This document shows positions 55,683 through 64,000 of a DNA stretch of 64,000 nucleotides, one piece after another. The notes beneath the pieces were generated by a model. It ran no database searches and was not told the origin of the DNA. It was given only the letters and a program-made list of their open reading frames with translations. Position 1 is the stretch's first letter. Every line of letters begins with the position of its first letter. Origin of the DNA: an uncultured Comamonadaceae bacterium (lineage in GTDB: Bacteria; Pseudomonadota; Gammaproteobacteria; Burkholderiales; Burkholderiaceae_C); assembly GCA_966692625.1 (NCBI GenBank), contig CBKZAG010000001.1:21228-85227 (forward strand), in the 5' to 3' direction. The position numbers and the translations under genes were made by a program.

Positions 55683-57398
55683 TCAGATGCGGTACCGCTT
55701 GATCATGGTTTCGATGTCGCGGCCGAGCTCGTCGAGCTGGCGTGCGGCTTCCTCCGCTCGGCGCGCCACGGCAACGTTCTGCGTGCTGGCTTCGCGGATG
55801 TTCTGCATGGCCAGCGCCACCTGGTCGCTGCCAACCAGCTGCTGCTCACTGGACTGCGCAATCTGCGCGGCCGCGTCCGCAGCCTCCGCGATGGTCTGCG
55901 TCAGCCGCGCAATCACCTCGCCAGCCTCGGCCGACTGCTGCATTCCGCGCTCCACCGCCTTGCCCCCTTGTTCGCTGGCAAGCACCGCTGCCTGCGTCGC
56001 CTTGTGCATCTCCTGCAACAGGCCACGCACCTGTGCCGTCGCCTGGCGTGACTGCTCCGCCAGGCTGCGCACCTCCTGCGCCACCACCGCAAACCCCTTG
56101 CCTTGTTCACCCGCCTTGGCAGCCTCGATCGCCGCATTGACAGCCAACAGGTTGGACTGGTCGGCCAGACCATTGACCAGTGTCGTGATCTCACCAATGG
56201 CCAGACCGTGCTGGCTCAGCCGGCTGACGCTGTCACTGATGTGCAGCATCTGGGCCTGGATCTGGCGCATGCCTTCGACGCTGGCCTCCACCGCGGCACG
56301 CCCGCCGTGGGCCACAGCCGTCGCCTGCTGCGAGTCCTGCGCAACGCGGCGGGCACGCTGGCTGGCCAGTTCCGCCGTGCGTTTGACTTCTTCCACGGTC
56401 GAGGTCGTCTCCACGATCGCACTGCTCGTCTCGGACGCACCGGCCGCCACCTGGGAGGCGGAGGCCAGCATGTCCGCTCCGACCTCGCTGAGCTGGTTGA
56501 CCCCGTCACTCAACGCCCGCGTCGAGCGCCTCAGCTCGTCGACCATGGACACGAACGCCTTGCCCAGCTGGTCACGTTCGGACAAGGGTTTGACCTCCTT
56601 GCTGAGGTCCCCTTCGGCAATACGCTGGGCAACCTCTGCCATGCGGCGCATGCCGTCCTGCACACCTTTGAACGCATTCAGAAGTTTCCCAATCTCGTCC
56701 CGTCTCGGCCTGATGTCCAGTTCGGTGCGGTCTTGCGTGTCCCCTTCGGCCAGCCGGTTGGCGACCTGGGTGAGTGCAACAAGTGGCTGAGCCGTGATGC
56801 GGGTGATCCACGCCGCCGCCATGGCGGCCACTGCAACGGCAGCCACCGTCAGGATGATCAAGCCGTCGCGAGCGTTTTCAGAAAGTTGTTGCGCCTGTTC
56901 TTTCGCCTGATCGTCGAGCCGCTGGTACGCCCCCCGGAGCTGCTGGTAAATCTGCATCTGCGGGCCGAACAAAAGCTGTCTGGCTTCTTCAGCCCGTCCC
57001 GCCACCAGCGCAGGCAGCACCCCCTCTCGCCGGATCTGGCGCCATTCTTGAGTGCCCCGTTTGATTTCGACGAGTTGTGTTTTGAGCGAGGGAAACTCCT
57101 GCAATATCTGCTCCAGTTGCACTCGCAACTCATCGTGGGAACCCTCAAGTGCTGAAATTTCTGCAGGCAGTCCGGTTCGGGCAAAGTCAGAGTCCTCCAG
57201 TCCGGTGAGCGTAAGTGCCCGCCCCAGGTGCAGGGTGCCATCCAGGTTTGCCACCAGAGTGCTGATCTCTCCCACTTGCTGAACCTTGCCCAGATTGCGC
57301 CATGCATTGACAGCCAGCACCCCCATCAAGACCAGGACCAGTCCAAAACCCAGCATCAAACGTGGGCCTGTTCGTAAGTCACCAAGATAGTTGAGCAT
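55683..57398 (-). CDS. Methyl-accepting chemotaxis protein (2 TM segments, periplasmic 4-helix-bundle-like sensor, HAMP, MCP signalling domain)
   Basis: The highly conserved hairpin-tip region [40 protein letters not shown] is present. TM segments lie near aa 12-33 and 186-208. Confidence 0.9.
   Translation of the reverse strand: MLNYLGDLRTGPRLMLGFGLVLVLMGVLAVNAWRNLGKVQQVGEISTLVANLDGTLHLGRALTLTGLEDSDFARTGLPAEISALEGSHDELRVQLEQILQEFPSLKTQLVEIKRGTQEWRQIRREGVLPALVAGRAEEARQLLFGPQMQIYQQLRGAYQRLDDQAKEQAQQLSENARDGLIILTVAAVAVAAMAAAWITRITAQPLVALTQVANRLAEGDTQDRTELDIRPRRDEIGKLLNAFKGVQDGMRRMAEVAQRIAEGDLSKEVKPLSERDQLGKAFVSMVDELRRSTRALSDGVNQLSEVGADMLASASQVAAGASETSSAIVETTSTVEEVKRTAELASQRARRVAQDSQQATAVAHGGRAAVEASVEGMRQIQAQMLHISDSVSRLSQHGLAIGEITTLVNGLADQSNLLAVNAAIEAAKAGEQGKGFAVVAQEVRSLAEQSRQATAQVRGLLQEMHKATQAAVLASEQGGKAVERGMQQSAEAGEVIARLTQTIAEAADAAAQIAQSSEQQLVGSDQVALAMQNIREASTQNVAVARRAEEAARQLDELGRDIETMIKRYRI
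55691..56540 (-). repeat. Copy A of an 850-bp direct repeat (3' half of the first MCP gene)
   Basis: It sits at a constant 1738-bp offset from copy B. The real-frame translations, and the alternate-frame ORFs (55742..56140 vs 57480..57878; 55913..56197 vs 57651..57935; 56216..56509 vs 57954..58247), are identical. I saw only one dinucleotide difference (55717-55718, tc vs ct). Confidence 0.9.
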
Positions 57399-57420
57399 GG
57401 GAGCCTTTCAGATGAGAGAA

Positions 57421-59019
57421 CTAAAACTGGTACCGCTTGATCATGGTTTCGATGCTGCGGCCGAGCTCGTCGAGCTGGCGTGCGGCTTCCTCCGCTCGGC
57501 GCGCCACGGCAACGTTCTGCGTGCTGGCTTCGCGGATGTTCTGCATGGCCAGCGCCACCTGGTCGCTGCCAACCAGCTGCTGCTCACTGGACTGCGCAAT
57601 CTGCGCGGCCGCGTCCGCAGCCTCCGCGATGGTCTGCGTCAGCCGCGCAATCACCTCGCCAGCCTCGGCCGACTGCTGCATTCCGCGCTCCACCGCCTTG
57701 CCCCCTTGTTCGCTGGCAAGCACCGCTGCCTGCGTCGCCTTGTGCATCTCCTGCAACAGGCCACGCACCTGTGCCGTCGCCTGGCGTGACTGCTCCGCCA
57801 GGCTGCGCACCTCCTGCGCCACCACCGCAAACCCCTTGCCTTGTTCACCCGCCTTGGCAGCCTCGATCGCCGCATTGACAGCCAACAGGTTGGACTGGTC
57901 GGCCAGACCATTGACCAGTGTCGTGATCTCACCAATGGCCAGACCGTGCTGGCTCAGCCGGCTGACGCTGTCACTGATGTGCAGCATCTGGGCCTGGATC
58001 TGGCGCATGCCTTCGACGCTGGCCTCCACCGCGGCACGCCCGCCGTGGGCCACAGCCGTCGCCTGCTGCGAGTCCTGCGCAACGCGGCGGGCACGCTGGC
58101 TGGCCAGTTCCGCCGTGCGTTTGACTTCTTCCACGGTCGAGGTCGTCTCCACGATCGCACTGCTCGTCTCGGACGCACCGGCCGCCACCTGGGAGGCGGA
58201 GGCCAGCATGTCCGCTCCGACCTCGCTGAGCTGGTTGACCCCGTCACTCAACGCCCGCGTCGAGCGCCTCAGCTCGTCCGCCAGGTGTGCAAAAGCGCGC
58301 GCCAGCTCACCCATTTCGTCATACCGCTGCGTAAGTGTTTCTGGCACGGCAACACCCAGCTCCCCGCGTCCGAGCCGAACCGCTACCGCCCCGAGGTGCG
58401 CCAGTGGCACAGTCGTCTGGCGAGTCAGACCCAGACTGACCAGCACGGCAAGAACTACCGCGCCAGAGGTGAATGTCAACAGGTGTGTGCGTATGTCCGA
58501 TGTGAGCCGGTCCGCAGATTCCTCCGCAACCCGGTCGAGACGTAAAAAAGCTTCTCGCAAATCCATGTAGCGCTGCTGCAGCGCACCCGTGATGAGCTGT
58601 CCAGCTTCCTCCTGCCGTCCGCTGCTCAACGCGGGTATCACCTGCTGACCCCGGATGCGCCGCAAGTCCGCCAATTTGCTTTCCAGCTGGCCCAACTCGG
58701 TGCGCAATTCAGGCCAGTCCACCGTAAGGTCCCGCACCCTCGCGACTCGCTGGTCGTTCAACTCTTGTAGCTGTGCAAGCTCGTCCGGCAGGGCCTGGCG
58801 CTCGGAAGAATTTCCATTGAAAGCTGTCAGCACAAGCGTTCGGCTCTGATGCAGGTTGCTGTCCATGGCCGCCACCAGGCGGCGTACGTCACCAACCGCC
58901 TGTATCGCGCTCACGTCTCGATAACTGGCCAGGACCTGGGTGATCATGAGAACGAGCAGCAAGCCAAAACCGAGCAGAAGCCGGTGAGCGATGCGCAAGT
59001 GAAGCAACGGGTTTGTCAC
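57421..59019 (-). CDS. Methyl-accepting chemotaxis protein (second receptor; divergent sensor half, identical signalling half)
   Basis: ORF 57421..59151, trimmed to the GTG at 59019 (GTGA overlap with the cheW stop). N-terminus [25 protein letters not shown] parallels the N-terminus of the first MCP. The C-terminal 283 aa are identical to the first MCP except for the last few residues. Confidence 0.85.
   Translation of the reverse strand: MTNPLLHLRIAHRLLLGFGLLLVLMITQVLASYRDVSAIQAVGDVRRLVAAMDSNLHQSRTLVLTAFNGNSSERQALPDELAQLQELNDQRVARVRDLTVDWPELRTELGQLESKLADLRRIRGQQVIPALSSGRQEEAGQLITGALQQRYMDLREAFLRLDRVAEESADRLTSDIRTHLLTFTSGAVVLAVLVSLGLTRQTTVPLAHLGAVAVRLGRGELGVAVPETLTQRYDEMGELARAFAHLADELRRSTRALSDGVNQLSEVGADMLASASQVAAGASETSSAIVETTSTVEEVKRTAELASQRARRVAQDSQQATAVAHGGRAAVEASVEGMRQIQAQMLHISDSVSRLSQHGLAIGEITTLVNGLADQSNLLAVNAAIEAAKAGEQGKGFAVVAQEVRSLAEQSRQATAQVRGLLQEMHKATQAAVLASEQGGKAVERGMQQSAEAGEVIARLTQTIAEAADAAAQIAQSSEQQLVGSDQVALAMQNIREASTQNVAVARRAEEAARQLDELGRSIETMIKRYQF
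57429..58278 (-). repeat. Copy B of the 850-bp direct repeat (3' half of the second MCP gene)
   Basis: See copy A. Identity ends abruptly at 58278/56540, which is the HAMP/signalling-domain junction (codons for ...DELRRS). Confidence 0.9.
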
Positions 59020-59561
59020 TGGGCTTCTCCGGTGGACTCCTGCCATTCGCCCAACGCCGGGTCGGACAGAAGCTGGTTCACGTCTATGTGCAGCAGTTCC
59101 CCCTCGATGACTCCGAGCAGCCACGGAGGAGGGGGCCGATGGGCGGGCCATTCGAGGGCCTGTGCCGGGTCAAGCAGGCGCAGCCCTTCCACCTTGGTTG
59201 CCAGCAAGGCGCAAACTTGCTTGCCTTCTCCAACCACGAGCAGCAAAGGGCTTTCAGCCAGTCCGCTCTGGGGGAGGTCCAGCAGCGGGCGCAGGTCCAG
59301 CACCACCAGCACACGCCCCCCCACCGCAGCCAGCCCGTTCAAATGAGGCGGGAGCATCGGCAACGCGGCGATGTCCCGCAGCGGGCGAACCTCCTTGAGG
59401 CTTTCAACCGACACGGCAAAACGGGAAGCGCCCACACTGAACACTGTCATGGGTACCCGCCCGGTGGAGGCATCCTCCTTCGCCAGGGGTTGTGCGAGGA
59501 GGTCGGCCCGGCGTTGCAGCAAGGCCTGTGTGCCGGTGTCGAGGGCACTGGTCGCAGTCAT
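59016..59561 (-). CDS. cheW: CheW-like coupling protein (WspD-like position)
   Basis: CheW-domain pattern [19 protein letters not shown]...[28 protein letters not shown]. It forms an ATGA overlap with the cheR stop. Confidence 0.8.
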   Translation of the reverse strand: MTATSALDTGTQALLQRRADLLAQPLAKEDASTGRVPMTVFSVGASRFAVSVESLKEVRPLRDIAALPMLPPHLNGLAAVGGRVLVVLDLRPLLDLPQSGLAESPLLLVVGEGKQVCALLATKVEGLRLLDPAQALEWPAHRPPPPWLLGVIEGELLHIDVNQLLSDPALGEWQESTGEAQ

Positions 59562-60829
59562 GACGCGGTCTCCTTGGCCTGCGGGCCGGGCAGCCCCAAC
59601 GCCTGCCGCAGCTTGCGCTGCGCCCGGCTGTCACCTGCGGCGCTTTCCAACTGCCAACGCGCCACTTGAGCCATATGCAGGTGGGGGTCCAGAAACAGCG
59701 CCCGGCGAAAAGCCTGCAAAGCGGCCGCAGACCTCTGCTGGCTCTGCAAGATCATTCCTTCAAGCAAATAACGTTCAGCGGTGGGTGACGCACTCGACAG
59801 CCGCCGCAACGCCCCCTCATAGTCGCCTCGATCAGCCAACGCCCGGACCTCTGCGAGAGGATCGTTCACCGCTTGTGATGCGGGCGCGACAGCGGCTGGC
59901 CGAAGTGGCAAGGCCGCAGTGCCCCGCAAGGGCCGCGAAAGCGGTGGCAAAGCCGCCTTCGGCGTCGCCACTGCTTCCAGCGCCCTGGCGGTGCCCGCCG
60001 CCTTGCGGTGCAACAGCCAGGGGTCCAACCCGTCACTGGCGAAAGGGTGCCCGCCCATTGCGGCGCAACCCAGTTCAGCCGCGCCCAATGCCAAGCGCCC
60101 ATCAGAGGCGAGTGCCTTCGCCGCTCGATCCAACACCAAAGCCAGCTTGTCCTCGTTGAGGTAAATCAGAACGTTGCGGCACAGAATGAAGTCCCAGTGC
60201 GGCTCCTGGCGCTCGGGACCGGGCCACTTGTCGTCGATCAGATTGACCAGCTCAAAACGTACCAGTTCGCGTATGGCAGGGAGCACCTCGAAACGTCCAT
60301 CGCCTTGCAGACGGAGACAGTCCTGGAGCAGCCACTGTGGAGGTGTGCGAAGAGACCACGCGCCGTAGCTGGCGCGCCGTGCCTGCGCGATGAAACGTGC
60401 GTTGACATCCACTCCCAGAACCTGCGCCCGCGGCCCCAACCCCACCCGGTGCAACAGCGCGGCCACAGAGTAGGCCTCTTCACCCGTGGCGCATCCCACA
60501 CTGAGGATGCGAAGCACCTGTTGGGGTGCGGCACGCTCCAGCCAGCGCGGCAGCAGATCATCCTTCAGCACGTCAAAAGCTCGCGGTTCGCGCATGAAGT
60601 AGGTTTCACCAATGGTCAGTTCGTCGAGCACACATTGCTTCTCGCCGTCGCTCAGCCGCTCCAACAGCAAAGCACTGGCGGACTCTGCAATGGACGCGCC
60701 CCTGTGCTCTGCCAAGGCAGCAAGTCCACGGTGCAAAGCGCTGTCACTGAGCTGGCCAGCGGCAAAGCCCAGCCAGCGTTCGCAGCTTTCACGCACCTGG
60801 GCCATCAACTCCGCGGACAACCGGGTCAT
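59558..60829 (-). CDS. cheR: CheR-type chemoreceptor methyltransferase with a C-terminal TPR-like extension (WspC-like)
   Basis: ORF 59558..60898, trimmed to the ATG at 60829 (ATGA overlap). The motifs ETYFMREPRAFDVL and SAM-binding ILSVGCATGEEAYS are present. The C-terminal roughly 100 aa are TPR-like (ALRRLSSAS...YLLEGMILQSQQRSAAALQAFRRALFLDP). Confidence 0.85.
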   Translation of the reverse strand: MTRLSAELMAQVRESCERWLGFAAGQLSDSALHRGLAALAEHRGASIAESASALLLERLSDGEKQCVLDELTIGETYFMREPRAFDVLKDDLLPRWLERAAPQQVLRILSVGCATGEEAYSVAALLHRVGLGPRAQVLGVDVNARFIAQARRASYGAWSLRTPPQWLLQDCLRLQGDGRFEVLPAIRELVRFELVNLIDDKWPGPERQEPHWDFILCRNVLIYLNEDKLALVLDRAAKALASDGRLALGAAELGCAAMGGHPFASDGLDPWLLHRKAAGTARALEAVATPKAALPPLSRPLRGTAALPLRPAAVAPASQAVNDPLAEVRALADRGDYEGALRRLSSASPTAERYLLEGMILQSQQRSAAALQAFRRALFLDPHLHMAQVARWQLESAAGDSRAQRKLRQALGLPGPQAKETAS

Positions 60830-61287
60830 GCGCCCCTCCCGCCACGTTCTGCCAGAACGGCATCCAGCTGAGACAACTCCTGCGTATCCAGCAAGCACCC
60901 GGGGTTTCGCAGAAGCATCACCCCTTGAGACCTGGAGGTGACTCCCAGCCAGCCTGGCGCGTCAACCGTCAGAGGCAGCCAGGCCTCGGGAGGGCACTCA
61001 AACACATCCCCGACTTCTTCCACCCAGATGGCCAGCCTGCGCTGGCCCTGAACGCAAACCAGACGGTGCTCCGGACAGGGCGTCAGGCTCCCAGGCTCCT
61101 CGTGGAGGGAAATCACGGGCAGGGCTTCACCATGAAGGTTGAGCAAACCGCGAACTCGAGGAGGGGCGCCAGGCAAGGGGATCAGCGCAACAAAGTGCAA
61201 CACACGTTCCACCTGTTCAACGGGGATGGCCCATTGCAGCGGCGGGCAGCGCAGAGTGAGCCATCCAATTGACCCTGGAGGATTCAT
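60826..61287 (-). CDS. CheW-like domain protein (WspB-like position)
   Basis: Pattern WAIPVEQVERVLHFVALIPLPGAPPRVRGLLNLHGEALPVISL. It forms an ATGA overlap with the upstream gene's stop. Confidence 0.7.
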   Translation of the reverse strand: MNPPGSIGWLTLRCPPLQWAIPVEQVERVLHFVALIPLPGAPPRVRGLLNLHGEALPVISLHEEPGSLTPCPEHRLVCVQGQRRLAIWVEEVGDVFECPPEAWLPLTVDAPGWLGVTSRSQGVMLLRNPGCLLDTQELSQLDAVLAERGGRGA

Positions 61288-62468
61288 TCGGCCAGCCTTT
61301 CTCCCGTCCCTTGAACAGGGAGCTTGACAGCAAACACGGCACCCACGCCCTGTTTCGCGCGTGCGCTCACCGACCCGCCGTGCCGCTCAACAATGCGCCG
61401 AACCGTTGCCAGGCCCATGCCTATGCCCTCGTAAGGTCTCTCGACAGGCAAGCGGTGAAAGGGTACGAACAACTGGGCACCTTGTGTCTCGTCAAAGCCA
61501 ATACCGTTGTCTCTCACTTCTATCTGCAGCCACTCGCCGTGACGTGCGCCTTCCACTTCGACGTGAGCGGTCTCGCAGCCATCGGTGAACTTGACCGCGT
61601 TTGTCAGCAAGTGCGTGAAGGCATGACGCAGCAATTCTCTGTCGCACTCCACAACAGGCAGGCTTGCGAAGACCCAACGTATTTCCCTCACGCCCTGGAC
61701 CTTCCGCAAGGTATCGCTACCGCGAATCTCGTGCATCAATGACAAAAGATCCACGGGTTCTGTCTGCAAAGGCTGGTTCGAGATGAGCTCATAGGCCTTG
61801 ACATCAGAGAGGACGTCTTCGATGTGCCCCAGCGTCGACACAAGCGTGGCGCTCCATTGCACAGGGGATGCACCGCTATCGGTCCCTCCTATGTCACCAG
61901 CGAGATTCAGCAGACGCTGCAGCGGCCCCTGCAGCACCTGGAAGATCCCCGAGAGAAAGTTCTTCAACTCCCCGTGCTTCTCGTCCAGTCCACGAGCCTG
62001 TTGCTCCAGCTGTTGGCGCAGTTCACGATTCGTCATGCGCAGCCGCCGCAACTCCAGGGCACGACGGATCACGGGAGTGATGGCGCTCAGGCGAAACGGC
62101 TTCAGCACATAATCGACCGCGCCCGCACGCATGGCGGTGATGGCCGTCTCCAGGCTGCCATGCCCCGTCATGAGTACCGGGGCGATGTCGGCATCAATAC
62201 GCAGCGCCTCGGTCATGAGTTCGATGCCGCTGAGCTCCGGCATCATCAGGTCACACAACAGCACATCAAAACGCTGCGCTTCCAACTGCTCCAGCGCCTT
62301 GCGAGGATGCTCGTGGCCTACCACCTCAAAACCCGACTCTTCAAGCAACTCGCACAACGCCTGAAGCTGTGGCAATTCATCGTCCACCACAAGCAGCCGC
62401 GCACTCAAAGGATCAGCCAGACGGTCCCATGCGTTACTGGCAACAGCGGGGGAGAGCAAGGAGTTCAT
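61284..62468 (-). CDS. REC - DHp-like - HATPase protein whose H-box carries Gln in place of the phospho-acceptor His (pseudo-histidine-kinase candidate)
   Basis: ORF 61284..62507, trimmed to the ATG at 62468. REC motifs LLVVDDE...LLCDLMMPELSG...DYVLKP are present. The H-box position reads FLSGIFQVLQGPL (CAG codon at 61938-61940), against the consensus F..xxSH(D/E)LxxPL. The ATP-binding N, G1, F and G2 boxes are intact (LLTNAVKF, DNGIGF, FVPFHR, GIGMGLA). Confidence 0.8.
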   Translation of the reverse strand: MNSLLSPAVASNAWDRLADPLSARLLVVDDELPQLQALCELLEESGFEVVGHEHPRKALEQLEAQRFDVLLCDLMMPELSGIELMTEALRIDADIAPVLMTGHGSLETAITAMRAGAVDYVLKPFRLSAITPVIRRALELRRLRMTNRELRQQLEQQARGLDEKHGELKNFLSGIFQVLQGPLQRLLNLAGDIGGTDSGASPVQWSATLVSTLGHIEDVLSDVKAYELISNQPLQTEPVDLLSLMHEIRGSDTLRKVQGVREIRWVFASLPVVECDRELLRHAFTHLLTNAVKFTDGCETAHVEVEGARHGEWLQIEVRDNGIGFDETQGAQLFVPFHRLPVERPYEGIGMGLATVRRIVERHGGSVSARAKQGVGAVFAVKLPVQGTGERLAE

Positions 62469-62563
62469 GGGTTGAGCGTAGCCCCGCCCTGGTTCGCACA
62501 CCACCATGGTTCACCGGACGCCCTTGTCAGGTTACCCCCTACAAATCGGCAAAGGTGAAACGT

Positions 62564-63211
62564 TCAATCGCCGATCAGGTTGTGGCGCACCGCGAAACGC
62601 ACGAGCCCGGCCAGGTCATGGATGTCCAGCTTCTCCATCAGGCGGCTGCGGTAAGTTTCGACCGTCTTGACCGAGAGCCCCAGCCGGCTGGCAATATCGT
62701 TCGACGTCAGACTGGAGGCGAGCATGCGCAGCACCTCCACTTCCCTGGGGCTGAGGCTTTCCAGAGGGTCGTCGGGCGTTCCCTCCGCGAGCCGCCTGGC
62801 CAACTCCGCGGCCAGCGTGGGGGCCAGGAAGCGGCCACCCCGCGCGACTGTGCGTATGGCACTGATCGTGTCGCGCGCAGCACAGGACTTGTGCACATAT
62901 CCCCCGGCACCGGCCTTGAAGGCGCGGTGGACATGCTCCACATCGTCCAGCATCGACAGCACCAGGATCCGGCATTGACGGTCCACCTCCCGGATGCGGG
63001 CCGTCAGTTCGATCCCGCTGAGGCCGGGCATGAGGATGTCCACCAACACGAGATCGGGTTGCATATCCCGGGCCATCTGGAGCGCTGACACCCCATCGGT
63101 TGCCACGCCCAGCACCTCGATATCGGGCTGTTCGGCGAGAAGGGCGCACAACGCCGCCGCGACCACCTCGTGGTCATCTGCGATCAGGACTCTGACGGGC
63201 GCCATCACCAT
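62564..63211 (-). CDS. NarL/FixJ-family response regulator (REC + LuxR-type HTH)
   Basis: REC (VLIADDHE...LVDILMPGLSG) plus HTH (LSPREVEVLRMLASSLTSNDIASRLGLSVKTVETYRSRLMEKL). The start is 63211 or 63205, overlapping the upstream kinase stop. Confidence 0.85.
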   Translation of the reverse strand: MVMAPVRVLIADDHEVVAAALCALLAEQPDIEVLGVATDGVSALQMARDMQPDLVLVDILMPGLSGIELTARIREVDRQCRILVLSMLDDVEHVHRAFKAGAGGYVHKSCAARDTISAIRTVARGGRFLAPTLAAELARRLAEGTPDDPLESLSPREVEVLRMLASSLTSNDIASRLGLSVKTVETYRSRLMEKLDIHDLAGLVRFAVRHNLIGD

Positions 63212-64000
63212 GGGACCCTTACAGTCAAGCAACACCCCTTGTCCGGGCCAGAGTGCACCTCAAGCTCGCCGCGCACTGCCATGGCGCGTTCACGCATCGT
63301 GCGCATGCCCAGGCGCCCTTTGGCGCTGGAGTCGGAAGTTGGGGCAAAACCCCTGCCGTCGTCCAAGATCACCATGGTCATTCCCTCCGGTTCTCGCCCG
63401 AGCTGTATGTCGATCCGGTTGGCCCGAGCGTGCTTGAGTACATTGTTCAGAGCCTCCTGGGCAATGCGAAAGAGTGCGAGATCGCGCTCGGGAGCAGGGG
63501 GAATCGCCGTGCCCGCCAGGCGCACCTGGACCAGCAGCCCCGTGCGGCGCTCGAAGATAGCGCCATACCATTCAAGGGCTGCAAGCAATCCGTAGTCGTC
63601 CAGCATGGGCGGACGCAACTCCGCCATCACGTTGCTGATGATGGCTGACGTCTGGTCCACCATGCCATGGGCGTCGACGAGGCGCCGCTCCAGTTCGCGC
63701 GGCTTGAAATCTCGCGAAGCAATGCCGCGGCGCACCAGCTCCAGTGATATGCCAAGCGCGGTCAGGTTCTGACCGACCTTGTCGTGCAGTTCAACGGCGA
63801 GTCGCCGGCGTTCAGCCTCCTGGATATGGACCAGCCGCTTTCCCATGGCCCGCAATTCTTCGGAATTCCGTTGCAGAGCCTCCGCATGCTGAGATTTCTC
63901 TGTCACATCACATGCCACGCCCATAACGTTGAATTCACCTGTCTCTGGATGCAACGCTACACCTGTCAGTCGCAGGCGGCGCACCTCTTGCCCCAGAGGG
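63205..64000 (-). CDS. Sensor histidine kinase, HisKA_3/NarX-LiaS type (C-terminal part; 5' end outside the window)
   Basis: HisKA_3 H-box AVELHDKVGQNLTAL and HATPase motifs (EALNNVLKHA, DDGRGF). A PAS-like segment lies upstream. The frame stays open to the window edge. Confidence 0.75.
   Translation of the reverse strand, partial: PLGQEVRRLRLTGVALHPETGEFNVMGVACDVTEKSQHAEALQRNSEELRAMGKRLVHIQEAERRRLAVELHDKVGQNLTALGISLELVRRGIASRDFKPRELERRLVDAHGMVDQTSAIISNVMAELRPPMLDDYGLLAALEWYGAIFERRTGLLVQVRLAGTAIPPAPERDLALFRIAQEALNNVLKHARANRIDIQLGREPEGMTMVILDDGRGFAPTSDSSAKGRLGMRTMRERAMAVRGELEVHSGPDKGCCLTVRVPW

Noticed and set aside
55691-58278. The 850-bp repeat as an insertion sequence or other mobile element
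   Set aside because: Both copies are the in-frame 3' halves of intact MCP genes. There are no terminal inverted repeats, transposase or target duplications.
59020-59151. The upstream start (ATG 59151 or 59046) for the second MCP
   Set aside because: It would overlap the cheW gene by up to 136 bp with an Arg/Pro-rich leader. The GTG at 59019 gives an N-terminus parallel to the first MCP and a GTGA junction with the cheW stop.
1-64000. A scan of the whole window for tRNA/rRNA genes, CRISPR repeats, integrases/transposases, prophage genes and known defence-system genes
   Set aside because: I recognised none. Intergenic space is minimal (largest gaps about 225 bp), every long ORF with protein-like composition was assigned to metabolism, transport or signalling, and the only sizeable repeat is the MCP duplication.

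Overview
This is a GC-rich chromosomal segment (GC not computed). Its gene content and codon bias look betaproteobacterial, Burkholderiales/Comamonadaceae-like, but the taxon is a guess. I call about 57 tightly packed protein-coding genes. By eye I found no rRNA, tRNA, CRISPR array, transposase or integrase.

Modules from left to right:
- 1-3.4 kb: Fe-siderophore-type ABC importer (binding protein, two FecCD permeases, ATPase).
- 3.6-6.3 kb: Tat-dependent two-subunit GMC flavoprotein dehydrogenase plus a ribbon-helix-helix (RHH) protein.
- 6.3-9.2 kb: gloA-gshA-gloA glutathione/methylglyoxal cluster plus a 2OG-Fe(II) oxygenase.
- 9.2-13.3 kb: acyl-CoA ligase and a thiamine-diphosphate enzyme, transcribed divergently around a perfect 22-bp palindrome, plus a GntR regulator.
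- 13.4-18.2 kb: LysR regulator, class II aldolase and a TRAP transporter (QMP order).
- 18.3-31.4 kb: LacI-controlled non-phosphorylative sugar oxidation cluster (IlvD/Edd dehydratase, HpcH aldolase, CUT1 ABC transporter, Gfo/Idh/MocA dehydrogenase, mutarotase, lactonase, SDR, aldehyde dehydrogenase).
- 31.4-33.3 kb: TauE and MFS membrane proteins.
- 33.3-42.8 kb: GntR regulator, Dpp/Opp-type ABC importer, amidohydrolase and an NCS1 permease.
- 43.0-45.0 kb: Tat-exported ferritin-like protein with an ECF sigma/anti-sigma pair.
- 45.1-62.5 kb: the stand-out region, described below.
- 62.6-64.0 kb: a NarL/HisKA_3 two-component pair upstream of it, running off the window.

The stand-out region is an 11-gene, about 17.4-kb minus-strand operon-like block. 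It is a Wsp-like chemosensory core: CheW-like, CheR-TPR, CheW, two MCPs, CheA-REC and CheB. A REC-kinase whose H-box carries Gln instead of His is bolted on upstream. Downstream, where a WspR-type effector would normally sit, there are a REC-PAS-PAS-GAF hybrid kinase, a membrane sensor kinase and a LOV-(degenerate GGDEF)-EAL protein. The two MCP genes share an 850-bp, essentially identical 3' half despite divergent sensor halves.

All functional calls come from reading the translated ORFs against motif knowledge. No database search was run.
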